Assembly: GCA_002383685.1 (NCBI GenBank)
Contig: DFZC01000051.1
Coordinates: forward strand, 575 to 64,574
Direction: 5' to 3'
DNA length: 64,000 bases
Origin: Synergistaceae bacterium UBA4066
Lineage (GTDB): Bacteria; Synergistota; Synergistia; Synergistales; Thermovirgaceae
Positions 25,031 through 33,722 of the stretch are shown here, one piece after another (position 1 is the stretch's first letter; each line of letters begins with the position of its first letter). The notes below the pieces were generated by a model. It was not told where the DNA came from. It saw only the letters and a program-made list of their open reading frames with translations, and made no database searches. The translations under genes were made by a program, and so were the position numbers.

Positions 25031-25540
25031 ATGAACAACATGAAGAAAAGGTGCTGGACCGTTATCATTGTTTTGGCCTTTCTCCAGACAGCCGCCTTCG
25101 GGTCGGTGACACTCCAGGAATGGAATTCCGCTGACGTGGGACTTCTTATGTCCAGACAGGAGGTGCGCGGCAGCGTTGGTGCCCCGGACGGGACCGACGG
25201 CACTACCGAGTGGTTCGACATATCCGGCAACGAAGGGCTCTCGCGGGTCACCCTGGACTACCTTGAAGGGGAAACGGTCCAGGCCGTGAACCTTGCCTTC
25301 AGGCCCGGATCCATAGACCTGGAGACTTTGACCTCGATAGTTAAAGGGGCTTTCCCGGGGATCCCCGAGATACATCGCGACGAACGCATGGCCATGTTCC
25401 TCGGCAGGTCCGAAGAGAGCGGAGAGCCCGTGTACTTCCTGGCGCTCGCAGGAGACCCCGGCTCCGGCAAGGGGCCGGAACTCTTCTCCATGACGGAGTC
25501 GGCCAACCGCCATTACCAGGAGGCACAAGCCGCACAGTAA
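25031..25540 (+). CDS. secreted hypothetical protein
   Basis: 169 aa with the signal peptide MNNMKKRCWTVIIVLAFLQTAAFGS. I recognise no family motif. Confidence 0.55.
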   Translation: MNNMKKRCWTVIIVLAFLQTAAFGSVTLQEWNSADVGLLMSRQEVRGSVGAPDGTDGTTEWFDISGNEGLSRVTLDYLEGETVQAVNLAFRPGSIDLETLTSIVKGAFPGIPEIHRDERMAMFLGRSEESGEPVYFLALAGDPGSGKGPELFSMTESANRHYQEAQAAQ

Positions 25541-25574
25541 CCCTCTCCCGGGGGCTTGCCTTCACACACGAACG

Positions 25575-25610
25575 AGTGTATTCTTTTAGTTATCTTTTCA
25601 GGAATACGCT
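25575..25610. promoter_or_regulatory. inverted repeat upstream of umuC (candidate operator)
   Basis: AGTGTATTC-N18-GAATACGCT, with 8 of 9 arm positions complementary. It ends 18 nt before the umuC ATG. Confidence 0.3.
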
Positions 25611-25628
25611 TTCCGGGAGTGTGTAGAT

Positions 25629-26921
25629 ATGTTCGCCCTGTGTGACTGCAACAACTTCTACGCGTCGTGCGAAAGGCTTTTCAGGCCCGAACTTGCGTCC
25701 CGCCCCGTGGCGGTACTTTCCAACAACGACGGCTGCGTCATAGCCAGGTCCTCCGAGGTTAAAGCACTGGGCGTGCCCATGGGGGCACCCTACTTCAAGG
25801 AGGAGGGCAGGTTCCGCCACTTCGGCGTCGAGGTCTTCTCATCGAACTACCCCCTCTACGAGAACATATCGCGCAGGGTCACGGAAACCCTGCGAAGCAT
25901 GGTGCCAGACGTAGAGATCTACTCCATCGACGAGGCTTTCCTCCATGTCGACACCCTGCCTCCGGCGATGGCGGATCCCGGTGGGTTCTGCCGGGAGATC
26001 CGCGAAAGGGTCCTCCGCTGGACGGGGATACCCGTATCGATAGGCACAGGCTCCACAAAGACACTGGCCAAAGCCGCCAACAGGATCGCAAAGAGGGATC
26101 CCGCCTGCGATGGCGTCTTCGTGATGCCGGATGGGAAAGGGGCCGACGTCCACCTGGGTAGCATAGACATAGGAGATGTATGGGGAGTGGGTTTTCGCAA
26201 CGCCCCGAAGTTCCGGCGCCTGGGCATAAGGACGGCAAAAGACCTTAAATATACCGACGAGGAGTGGCTTAAACAACGCTTTACCATAGGCGAGGCCAGG
26301 ACCTCACGGGAACTCAACGGCAGGATCTGCTTCCCCTTCGCTGAGACCCCGAAACCTCGCAAGAGCATACGGGTCTCCAGGAGCTTCGGCGAGCCCGTGA
26401 CGGACGTCCACACACTCAGGGAGGCGGTCTCTTCCTTCGCTTTCTCGGCGGCGGAGACCCTGAGGGGGGAGGGATCGGCGGCCAGTAAACTGCACCTTTT
26501 CATAACCACCAACCCTTTCGGCAGGGAGCCCCGGTACGCCAACGCCGCATCGTTCCGCTTCGACGTCCCTACCTGCCGTAACACGGAAATAACAGGCAGG
26601 GCACTGGCCTGCCTGGAGAGGGTCTATTCCGGGGGGTACGCCTACAAAAAAGCCGGGGTGATCCTTACAGACCTCGTCGATGCCTCTAACGTCCAGAGGC
26701 ACCTCTACTCAGTAGAAAGGGACCGTCGCGAAGAGACGCTCATGAAGACTATCGACCGGCTCAACCTGGAACTGGGGAGGGGGGCCATATTCACCGCTTC
26801 GATGGGGATCGAGGGCAGGAGATCCTGGGGTATGCGCCGGGGGCATGTCTCGCCACGGTACACCACTCACTGGGATGAACTTCCGGCGGTACTTCCGCCG
26901 GGGGAGGCACCAAAACAATGA
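25629..26921 (+). CDS. umuC: Y-family translesion DNA polymerase (UmuC-type)
   Basis: MFALCDCNNFYASCERLFRPEL...VLSNNDGCVIARS...SIDEAFL are hallmark UmuC motifs. Confidence 0.9.
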   Translation: MFALCDCNNFYASCERLFRPELASRPVAVLSNNDGCVIARSSEVKALGVPMGAPYFKEEGRFRHFGVEVFSSNYPLYENISRRVTETLRSMVPDVEIYSIDEAFLHVDTLPPAMADPGGFCREIRERVLRWTGIPVSIGTGSTKTLAKAANRIAKRDPACDGVFVMPDGKGADVHLGSIDIGDVWGVGFRNAPKFRRLGIRTAKDLKYTDEEWLKQRFTIGEARTSRELNGRICFPFAETPKPRKSIRVSRSFGEPVTDVHTLREAVSSFAFSAAETLRGEGSAASKLHLFITTNPFGREPRYANAASFRFDVPTCRNTEITGRALACLERVYSGGYAYKKAGVILTDLVDASNVQRHLYSVERDRREETLMKTIDRLNLELGRGAIFTASMGIEGRRSWGMRRGHVSPRYTTHWDELPAVLPPGEAPKQ

Positions 26922-27226
26922 GTTCCAGATCGACAACGGGCTTTCCCTCCCACGCCGACCCTTTCAGGGAGGAGCCCCTCGACCTGAATTCGCTGCTTAT
27001 AAGTAACCGGGCATCCACATTCCTGATGCGCTCGGCCGGAAGTATCCCCGGCTGGTCCATAGAGGAAGGGGACATCCTCGTGGTGGACAGGTCATGCGAT
27101 GTCCGCAGGGGGGGTCTCGCGGTCGTGACAAGGGACGGCCGTCTGGCCCTCTGGGAGGCTACCCGTGACGGCGCCCCGGTCTGGGGAACGGTCAGGGCTA
27201 TCGTAAGGGTGCTGAGGCATGGCTAG
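26918..27226 (+). CDS. S24 peptidase-fold UmuD'-like protein (short; catalytic Lys apparently absent)
   Basis: 102 aa with an ATGA overlap with the umuC stop. By eye it aligns to UmuD from the cleavage-site region onward: TGFPSHADPFREEPLDLNSLLISNRASTFLMRSAGSIPGWSIEEGDILVVD. Confidence 0.7.
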   Translation: MSSRSTTGFPSHADPFREEPLDLNSLLISNRASTFLMRSAGSIPGWSIEEGDILVVDRSCDVRRGGLAVVTRDGRLALWEATRDGAPVWGTVRAIVRVLRHG

Positions 27227-27300
27227 AGCGTCGCTATAAATTCAACGGGGTAAGATCGCCCATGGACAGAACTCCTTGACAAACAACTGAGCCAGAGGTC

Positions 27301-27336
27301 TTGACATGAACCTCCAATGTGGCTATATTGCCACAT
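27301..27336 (+). promoter_or_regulatory. sigma70-type promoter with an overlapping palindromic operator (ArsR site candidate)
   Basis: TTGACA (27301..27306), 17 nt, TATATT (27324..27329). The perfect inverted repeat ATGTGGC/GCCACAT (27317..27323 and 27330..27336) brackets the -10 box. Confidence 0.6.
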
Positions 27337-27358
27337 GGGGAAGGAGGCATGAAACAGC

Positions 27359-27682
27359 ATGGATGATATGATCTCCAGGAGAAAGGTAGAGATATTCAAG
27401 GCCCTGGCCCACCCCGTAAGGCTCAGGATCTCCGAGGAACTGCTCCGGAGGGAGATGTGCGTCTGCGACATCACTGAACTTTTCAGCTTTGACAGGACGA
27501 CCATCAGCAAACACCTTGCTGTCCTGAAATCAGCCGGAGTGATAAAAGACCGGAAGGAAGGACTCTTCGTATTCTACTCTTTGGACCTGAAATGCCTGGG
27601 AATGATGATGGGATGCATTAACAACTCCATAGAGAACGAACTGCGGGACCACCTGAGCAGCCTGGAATTGGGAAAAGCATGA
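27359..27682 (+). CDS. arsR: ArsR/SmtB family transcriptional regulator
   Basis: IFKALAHPVRLRISEELLRREMCVCDITELFSFDRTTISKHLAVLKSAGVI. Confidence 0.85.
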   Translation: MDDMISRRKVEIFKALAHPVRLRISEELLRREMCVCDITELFSFDRTTISKHLAVLKSAGVIKDRKEGLFVFYSLDLKCLGMMMGCINNSIENELRDHLSSLELGKA

Positions 27683-27735
27683 AACCCTCCGTCAGGAAGG
27701 TTTGAACAAAATAACCGTTACAGAAAGGGGTAATA

Positions 27736-27984
27736 ATGATGAAGATCCAGATACTGGGCACCGGATGCCCAAAATGCAAAAAAATGGCGGAGCTGGCTGA
27801 ATCCGCGGCAAAAGAGCTCGGCCTTCAATACGAACTGGAAAAGGTCATAAAGATATCTGATATCCTGGATTTTGGCATAGTGGCGACCCCCGGCCTGGCT
27901 GTGGACGGGAAGGTCCTTGCAGCCGGCGGGGTCCCGACAGCAGAGCAGGTAAAGCGGCTTCTCGCACAGGCAGCAGGTAAGTGA
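27736..27984 (+). CDS. thioredoxin-fold redox-active disulfide protein 2-like
   Basis: 82 aa with KIQILGTGCPKCKKM (CxxC) and ATPGLAVDGKV. Confidence 0.8.
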   Translation: MMKIQILGTGCPKCKKMAELAESAAKELGLQYELEKVIKISDILDFGIVATPGLAVDGKVLAAGGVPTAEQVKRLLAQAAGK

Positions 27985-27989
27985 TCCCT

Positions 27990-28018
27990 CCCCGCTTGAT
28001 CTTTCAGGCGGGGTTTTT
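27990..28018 (+). terminator. hairpin plus T-run (terminator or attenuator) between the thioredoxin-like gene and the permease gene
   Basis: ccccgc-12 nt loop-gcgggg-ttttt. Confidence 0.45.
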
Positions 28019-28062
28019 AACGCAGTTATAGGTGGCCTTATTTACACATATTCTCACAAGAG

Positions 28063-29238
28063 GTGAAACTGTTGAGCGACCGGAAAAAATTTCTTTACCT
28101 CGCAGCTGTCTTTGCCCTGTTCTATTTCCTGCCCGTCGAAAACCCCAGGATCCATTCCGGGGCTATCGAGGCCCTGGCCATGCTCCACGAGTATGCCAGG
28201 GAACATGTGCTGCTCTGTCTTGTGCCGGCCTTTTTCATTGCCGGGGCCATCAGCGTATTCGTGTCGCAACAGGCAGTTATGAAGTACCTTGGCTCCGAGG
28301 CCAGGCGGTGGGTAGCCTATTCTGTAGCCGCCGTATCCGGAACGATACTGGCCGTCTGTTCCTGCACGGTGCTGCCCCTTTTCGCCGGGATCTACAAAAG
28401 GGGCGCAGGTCTGGGGCCAGCCACGGCATTCCTTTACTCGGGACCTGCAATTAATGTCCTTGCGATAATTCTTACGGCCCGGGTGCTGGGGTTCGAGCTT
28501 GGCATGGCCAGGGCCGTGGGGGCGATCGTCTTCAGCGTAGTCATAGGTCTTCTCATGGAGGTAATTTTCCGGTCGGAGGAGACGGAAAGAATGCATGGTT
28601 TCGCGGAGATCCCGGAAACCGGACCTGTGAGGCCTCTCTGGAAGACTTCAGCCCACATGGCCGGGATGGTTCTCTTCCTGGTCTTTGCAAACTGGGCGGC
28701 CCCCAGGGTACCAGGAGGGATCTGGGAGGCGGTCTATAAGATGAAATGGATCATAGCCGGTCTCGCCTTCATCTCTACCCTGTTAGCCTCCAGGGCATGG
28801 TTCGACAGGGACGAGCGATCCCAATGGTTCGATTCGACCTGGGGATACGCGCTGCAGGTTTTACCCCTGCTATTCGGGGGAGTCCTGGTGGCCGGCTTCC
28901 TGTTGGGCCGTCCCGGTCACGAGGCGCTGATACCGGGCGCGTGGGTAGCGGCACTTGTGGGAGGAAACTCCCTTTTTGCCAACTTTTTTGCCTCCATCGT
29001 CGCGGCCTTCATGTATTTCGCCACTCTGACGGAAGTCCCGATCCTGCAGGGTCTTATCGGGGCGGGTATGGGAAAGGGGCCGGCACTTGCGCTTCTGCTC
29101 GCCGGACCTGCACTTTCACTTCCCAACATGCTCGTCATACGCAGCATCATGGGCACGAAAAAGACAGTGGTTTACACCTGCCTCGTAGTGCTGCTTTCAA
29201 CTGTTGCCGGCATACTTTTTGGCACCTTTTTCAGCTGA
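28063..29238 (+). CDS. DUF318/ArsP-type permease
   Basis: 391-aa polytopic protein. The pattern LCLVPAFFIAGAISVF...AVCSCTVLPLFAGIYKRGAG is typical of this permease family. The start is GTG 28063 or TTG 28072. Confidence 0.75.
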   Translation: MKLLSDRKKFLYLAAVFALFYFLPVENPRIHSGAIEALAMLHEYAREHVLLCLVPAFFIAGAISVFVSQQAVMKYLGSEARRWVAYSVAAVSGTILAVCSCTVLPLFAGIYKRGAGLGPATAFLYSGPAINVLAIILTARVLGFELGMARAVGAIVFSVVIGLLMEVIFRSEETERMHGFAEIPETGPVRPLWKTSAHMAGMVLFLVFANWAAPRVPGGIWEAVYKMKWIIAGLAFISTLLASRAWFDRDERSQWFDSTWGYALQVLPLLFGGVLVAGFLLGRPGHEALIPGAWVAALVGGNSLFANFFASIVAAFMYFATLTEVPILQGLIGAGMGKGPALALLLAGPALSLPNMLVIRSIMGTKKTVVYTCLVVLLSTVAGILFGTFFS

Positions 29239-29311
29239 GCGGGTGAAGACTATTTTAAAGAAAGCACAAGGGTCGCTCCCTTCACGGAAGCGGCTCCTTT
29301 TACAGGGGTAT

Positions 29312-29626
29312 TCAAACCAGGCTGAACCTCAGGCGGCCGGTCCCCTCAACCATGAAGAGGTAGTCACCTTCGGGCATGGGACCCGCGTCTTCCATCCACT
29401 GGAAAACCTCTTCTTCGATATGGCATTTTATGTCCGTACGACCTTCGACTTCGAATATCTTGAACTTTTCGGTATTTTCTTCCGGCTTGCCCCAGAGGCC
29501 CACCGGGCCCCTATAGACCGTTCATCAGCCGGCAATGTTCACCGCCATGTGGATGCGGAAATCGTTCCCGTGTCTGGCGACATCTTCCAGCCAGTATCTT
29601 GAAGTAATGCGGATCTTTTCCCCCAC
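29312..29626 (-). pseudogene. unrecognised ORF interrupted by in-frame TGA-TGA (weak call)
   Basis: GTG 29626, after GGGGGGAG, encodes VGEKIRITSRYWLEDVARHGNDFRIHMAVNIAG. Then comes TGATGA (29522..29527). The same frame continues TVYRGPVGLWGKPEENTEKFKIFEVEGRTDIKCHIEEEVFQWMEDAGPMPEGDYLFMVEGTGRLRFSLV. Confidence 0.25.
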
Positions 29627-29687
29627 CTTGCTCCCCCCTGTCTGAACCGGATTGAAGGATGAAGCTGCGTTTTCGATAAGGGGCAGT

Positions 29688-30881
29688 TCAATTGGTTGCC
29701 GGCGCCGGGAACCAGTCCCGGGTCTTCAGGCAGAACCTGACCAGCATCAGCATTACAGGTACCTCTATGAGGACCCCGACGACCGTTGCCAGTGCCGCGC
29801 CGCTGGAGAGGCCGAAAAGCATGGTGGCTGTGGCAATAGCTACCTCGAAGTGGTTCGATGCCCCTATCATGGCTGCGGGAGCGGCCATGTCGTAGGAAAG
29901 CCCCATCTTTTTCGCAAGCGCATATCCGATAGCGAAAATAAGCAATGTCTGGATGAATAGAGGAACGGCTATCCACAGGATCGTCAGCGGATTGGCGATT
30001 ATCACTTCACCCTTGAAACTGAAGAGAAGCACCAGGGTGGTCAGGAGAGCCACGATGGTCACCGGCGTAAGGTAATGAAGGAACTGGTCCCTGAACCACT
30101 GGATACCTTTAACCGCTATGATCCATTTCCTGGAGTAATAACCCGCAGCGAGCGGAAGCGCTACGTAGACGCCTATGGAAAGCAGCAAAGCCTGCCATGG
30201 GACCGGGAGTCTTCCAACTCCGAGAAGGAAACCGCCCAGAACTCCGTAGAGAACAAGCATCGTCAGGGAGTTAATGGCCACCATGACAAGAGTAAGGCCG
30301 TCGTTGCCCCGCGAAAGGAAGCTCCAAACCAGGACCATGGCCGTACAGGGAGCTATGCCAAGCAGTATCGCCCCGGCAAGGTAACTTCTCCACAAGGGTA
30401 CCTGCAGCATTTTTATCCCGTTCTCCAGAACGACAACCCCGGCTCCATGGGCAGCTCCCACAGGCAGGTTCAGGCCGAAGGGCATCTTCACAAGGTCGAC
30501 CGCATCGGGGCCGATGAAACCCCTGAAGACGAAGCCCAGGAAAAACGTCGCGATAGCATACATCGTAAAGGGTTTGACAGCCCAGTTGATGAACAGGGTC
30601 AGGTAGACCGGCTTGCCGCTCTTTCCCGCTTTGACCACTTCACCGAAATCTATCTTGACCATGATGGGGTACATCATGAAGAACAGACAGATGGCAATTG
30701 GGATGGATACGACCGGGGCCCCGTTCACCATGATCGCCATGCCGTCAAGGGCCCTGGCGAAACCCGGGGCTATCTTTCCCAGCAGTATTCCACCCACGAT
30801 ACAGAGGGCGACCCATAAAGTGAGGTAACGCTCAAATACGTTTGTCATCTTTCGCTCACTGTTGTTGAACTGTTTGCTCAT
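29688..30881 (-). CDS. acr3: ACR3-family arsenite efflux transporter
   Basis: [21 protein letters not shown]...[16 protein letters not shown]...[10 protein letters not shown] are typical ACR3 patterns. Confidence 0.9.
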   Translation of the reverse strand: MSKQFNNSERKMTNVFERYLTLWVALCIVGGILLGKIAPGFARALDGMAIMVNGAPVVSIPIAICLFFMMYPIMVKIDFGEVVKAGKSGKPVYLTLFINWAVKPFTMYAIATFFLGFVFRGFIGPDAVDLVKMPFGLNLPVGAAHGAGVVVLENGIKMLQVPLWRSYLAGAILLGIAPCTAMVLVWSFLSRGNDGLTLVMVAINSLTMLVLYGVLGGFLLGVGRLPVPWQALLLSIGVYVALPLAAGYYSRKWIIAVKGIQWFRDQFLHYLTPVTIVALLTTLVLLFSFKGEVIIANPLTILWIAVPLFIQTLLIFAIGYALAKKMGLSYDMAAPAAMIGASNHFEVAIATATMLFGLSSGAALATVVGVLIEVPVMLMLVRFCLKTRDWFPAPATN

Positions 30882-31282
30882 GCGACCGGACTCCTTTTTT
30901 CAGTCTTGACTTTCTTCCCGTATCCTTCACTGCTTGTTGAACATTTTTCATGCTGCTGTTCCCTCAGGAGGGCCACCTTTTCAGCCTGGGCCATGGCCTC
31001 GGGATCGTTCTCAAGGTTGCTGACAAGCCATTTGACGAGACCCCCTACCGGGGTGTTCTCCATGTCGGCGGCAAGGCTGAAATAACGCCACTTGCCATCC
31101 GAACGTGATACTACCAGACCGGCATGCTTCATAACGGAGACATGCCTTGAAACCGTAGATGGGGACAGGTCGAGTATCTCCTGAAGGCTGCAGAGGCAGA
31201 GTTCCCCTTCCGAGAGGGCTTGGGCGATCCTTATTCTCTGGATATCTGCCAGGGCCTTGATGGGGTTGAGCAGTTTTTCCAT
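30878..31282 (-). CDS. arsR: ArsR/SmtB family transcriptional regulator
   Basis: Start set to ATG 31282 after AAAAGGAGAG. The sequence is [47 protein letters not shown]. 4-nt overlap with acr3. Confidence 0.85.
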   Translation of the reverse strand: MEKLLNPIKALADIQRIRIAQALSEGELCLCSLQEILDLSPSTVSRHVSVMKHAGLVVSRSDGKWRYFSLAADMENTPVGGLVKWLVSNLENDPEAMAQAEKVALLREQQHEKCSTSSEGYGKKVKTEKRSPVA

Positions 31283-31349
31283 CTTCGACTCTCCTTTTAT
31301 CATTTCGCCAAACATCGAAATGTTAACAAATTTTCCCTTCCCGGTCAAG

Positions 31350-31378
31350 AAAAAAGCCGCCCCTTTTCAGGGACGGCT
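31350..31378 (-). terminator. rho-independent terminator after the aminotransferase gene
   Basis: The minus strand reads agccgtccc-tgaaaa-ggggcggct-tttttt (9-bp stem with one G-U pair). Confidence 0.75.
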
Positions 31379-31405
31379 TCTGGTGGTCTTCTGTTCTGTT
31401 GCCTG

Positions 31406-32617
31406 CTAGAAGTTGGAAGCGGCCTTGTTCCTTCCGGGATAAGCCTCAAGACCTGCCTTGAGGATATCCATTGCTTTTTCCAGGTCTTCCTTCTTGAGGA
31501 CGTAGGCGAGCCGGACCTCATCCTTGCCCAGGCCCGGAGTTGCATAGAAACCCTCGGCGGGGGCCATCATGACAGTCTCTTTGTTCACGTGGAAATCCTG
31601 GAGCATCCAGATTATGAACTTCTCGGCATCATCAACAGGCAATTTTGCCACCACGTAGAAGGCACCCTTGGGCTCTTCGCAGATCACCCCCGGCATCTCC
31701 TTCATCTTTGAGTAAAGGATGTCCCGCCGAAGCTGGTACTCCTTGTTGACCTCGTCAAGGTATGACTTTGGTGTCTTGTAGAGAGCAACGGCACCCACCT
31801 GCTCAAGGGTCGGCACACAGAGCCTCCCCTGGGCCAGCTTCATGGCCTGGGCCATAAGGTCTTCGTTCTTTGAGAGAATGCAGCCTATCCTTGCGCCGCA
31901 GGCGCTGTAGCGCTTCGAGATGGAGTCGACGATGATCACACGGTCCTCGATCCTCTTGATGTTGCCGAAGCTCATGTATTTGAGGCCGTCATAAACGAAT
32001 TCCCGGTAGACTTCGTCAGCTATGACATAAATGTCCTTTTCAAGGGCTATGTCGGCTATCATCTCCATTTCTTCTTTCGTGTAGATGACGCCTGTGGGGT
32101 TCCCGGGGTTGGAGAAGAGGATCCCCCTGGTATTGGATGTGATCTTTTTCAGGATCTCATGTTTCGGGGGAAGATGAAAGCCCTCCCGGGCCCTGGTAGT
32201 AATGGGGACAAGTTTGACATTCACCGAAGAAGCAAAAGCGTTGTAGTTGGCATAAAAGGGTTCCGGGACCAGAACTTCGTCACCGGGGTCGCAAATGGCC
32301 ATGAGAGCAAAGGAAAGGGCCTCACTTCCGCCGTTGGTGACGATGAGGTTCTTCCTCTCGAGGTGGATATCGAACCCCTTGTAATACCCGATCATGGCGT
32401 CTATAAGTTCGTAGCTTCCATGGGATGCTGAATAGGCGATGACGTCTTCTGCGAATTTCTTGATGGACTCCAGAAAACCCGGCGGTGTAACAATGTCGGG
32501 CTGACCTATGTTGAGATGATAGATCTTCTTGCCTTCTGCTTTCGCTGCCTCCGCATAAGGCACCAGTTTGCGGATTGGCGAGGATTGCATCGAGGTTACC
32601 CTCTTGGAAAATTTCAT
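31406..32617 (-). CDS. pyridoxal-phosphate-dependent aminotransferase, class I (aspartate/aromatic type)
   Basis: 403 aa with ...SISKRYSACGARIG... (PLP-lysine region) and the general AAT-like pattern. Confidence 0.85.
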   Translation of the reverse strand: MKFSKRVTSMQSSPIRKLVPYAEAAKAEGKKIYHLNIGQPDIVTPPGFLESIKKFAEDVIAYSASHGSYELIDAMIGYYKGFDIHLERKNLIVTNGGSEALSFALMAICDPGDEVLVPEPFYANYNAFASSVNVKLVPITTRAREGFHLPPKHEILKKITSNTRGILFSNPGNPTGVIYTKEEMEMIADIALEKDIYVIADEVYREFVYDGLKYMSFGNIKRIEDRVIIVDSISKRYSACGARIGCILSKNEDLMAQAMKLAQGRLCVPTLEQVGAVALYKTPKSYLDEVNKEYQLRRDILYSKMKEMPGVICEEPKGAFYVVAKLPVDDAEKFIIWMLQDFHVNKETVMMAPAEGFYATPGLGKDEVRLAYVLKKEDLEKAMDILKAGLEAYPGRNKAASNF

Positions 32618-32755
32618 TAAAAATCTACCTCCCTGCAGGAATGATATTTACCTGACATTATTTTAGCACATTTTTTCACATGTTCAGGACACTTGTCATA
32701 ATAGAGCGAATGGTTGCAAAATATTAGTTGTTCCATATCGACAGGAGGTCGCCTG

Positions 32756-33112
32756 ATGCCGCTGATGAGCCTGAAACAGTTCACCCTGGCCGCCAATGAG
32801 ATCGTTGGCACACTGCCCCCGGAACTGCTGAAAAACCTGAATGGGGGGATCATCGTTGAACCGTCCGTCAAAGAGGACGGGGATTATGTGGTTATGGGGG
32901 AATACATCGAAGATCCCGGCCTTGGAAGCATGGTGGTACTTTATTACGGTTCTTTCCGGGAGATGCTGGGCAATGCCCCCCTCGATGAATGGAGGGAAGA
33001 GATCGAGGAGACCGCGATCCACGAACTCAGGCATCATATCGAGTCACTGGCCGGGGTGGACGATCTCTCTGTCGAGGAAGACCTGGAACTGCAAAGGGAC
33101 ACCTCTTTGTAA
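32756..33112 (+). CDS. small zincin-like metallopeptidase family protein (DUF1025-like)
   Basis: Start at ATG 32756 after ACAGGAGG. It carries the HExxH-type motif IHELRHHIESLAG. Confidence 0.55.
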   Translation: MPLMSLKQFTLAANEIVGTLPPELLKNLNGGIIVEPSVKEDGDYVVMGEYIEDPGLGSMVVLYYGSFREMLGNAPLDEWREEIEETAIHELRHHIESLAGVDDLSVEEDLELQRDTSL

Positions 33113-33657
33113 CGGAAACAGCCCCTCAGGTGATCGTTGACCAGGCCCACAGCCTGCATGTGGGAGTAGACCACAATGGGCCCGAGGAAGCTGAAACCCC
33201 TTGACTTCAGCTCCCTGCTGATCTTTTGTGAGAGCGGGGTCTCGGCCGGTATCTGCTTTTCGGTACTCCACCCCCCGACAAGAGGCTCACCATCCACGAA
33301 ACCCCACAACCAGGAGGAAAAGGGACCCTCCTTCTCCACCAGGTCAATAAAAGCCCTTGCGTTGGAGATAGCTGCAGAGACCTTCTGCCGGTTGCGTATG
33401 ATCCCTTCGTCTGAAAGGAGTTCCCGGACCTTTTCAGGACCGAAGAGCGCCACTTTCCCGGGATCGAAGCCTTCAAAGGCTTTCAGGAAGTTTTCCCTCT
33501 TTTTCAGTATCGTGAGCCAGCTCAGGCCCGCCTGGAATGACTCCAGGACCAGGAACTCGAACTGCACCATGTCGTCCCGGGCAGGGACTCCCCATTCGTT
33601 ATCGTGATAATCCATTAAAAGCTGGTGCGATTCTGACCATGGGCAACGGTGCGGCAA
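33034..33657 (-). CDS. tag: DNA-3-methyladenine glycosylase I
   Basis: HRCPW...YHDNEWGVP...ESFQAGLSWLTILKKRENF...GLVNDHLRGCF. Start set to TTG 33657, 8 nt after GAAGGAG. The 3' end overlaps the convergent gene by 79 nt. Confidence 0.9.
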   Translation of the reverse strand: MPHRCPWSESHQLLMDYHDNEWGVPARDDMVQFEFLVLESFQAGLSWLTILKKRENFLKAFEGFDPGKVALFGPEKVRELLSDEGIIRNRQKVSAAISNARAFIDLVEKEGPFSSWLWGFVDGEPLVGGWSTEKQIPAETPLSQKISRELKSRGFSFLGPIVVYSHMQAVGLVNDHLRGCFRYKEVSLCSSRSSSTERSSTPASDSI

Positions 33658-33722
33658 TCCTGACACTCCTTCAAATGAATGTTTAGCCACAATTCTGAGG
33701 GATCCCAAGAGGACAGAACAGC

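Noticed and set aside
25569-25584. Cheo-type (Gram-positive) LexA box CGAACGAGTGTATTC upstream of umuC
   Set aside because: Only the CGAAC half matches. The second half is GTATTC instead of GTTCG, so spacing and sequence are both off. I cannot call an SOS box without knowing the lineage-specific LexA motif.
29522-29527. Selenocysteine recoding of the in-frame TGA-TGA
   Set aside because: Two consecutive Sec codons are very unusual. The neighbouring residues do not form a redox motif. I did not see an obvious SECIS-like hairpin immediately downstream on the coding strand. TGA is used as a normal stop by neighbouring genes such as acr3.
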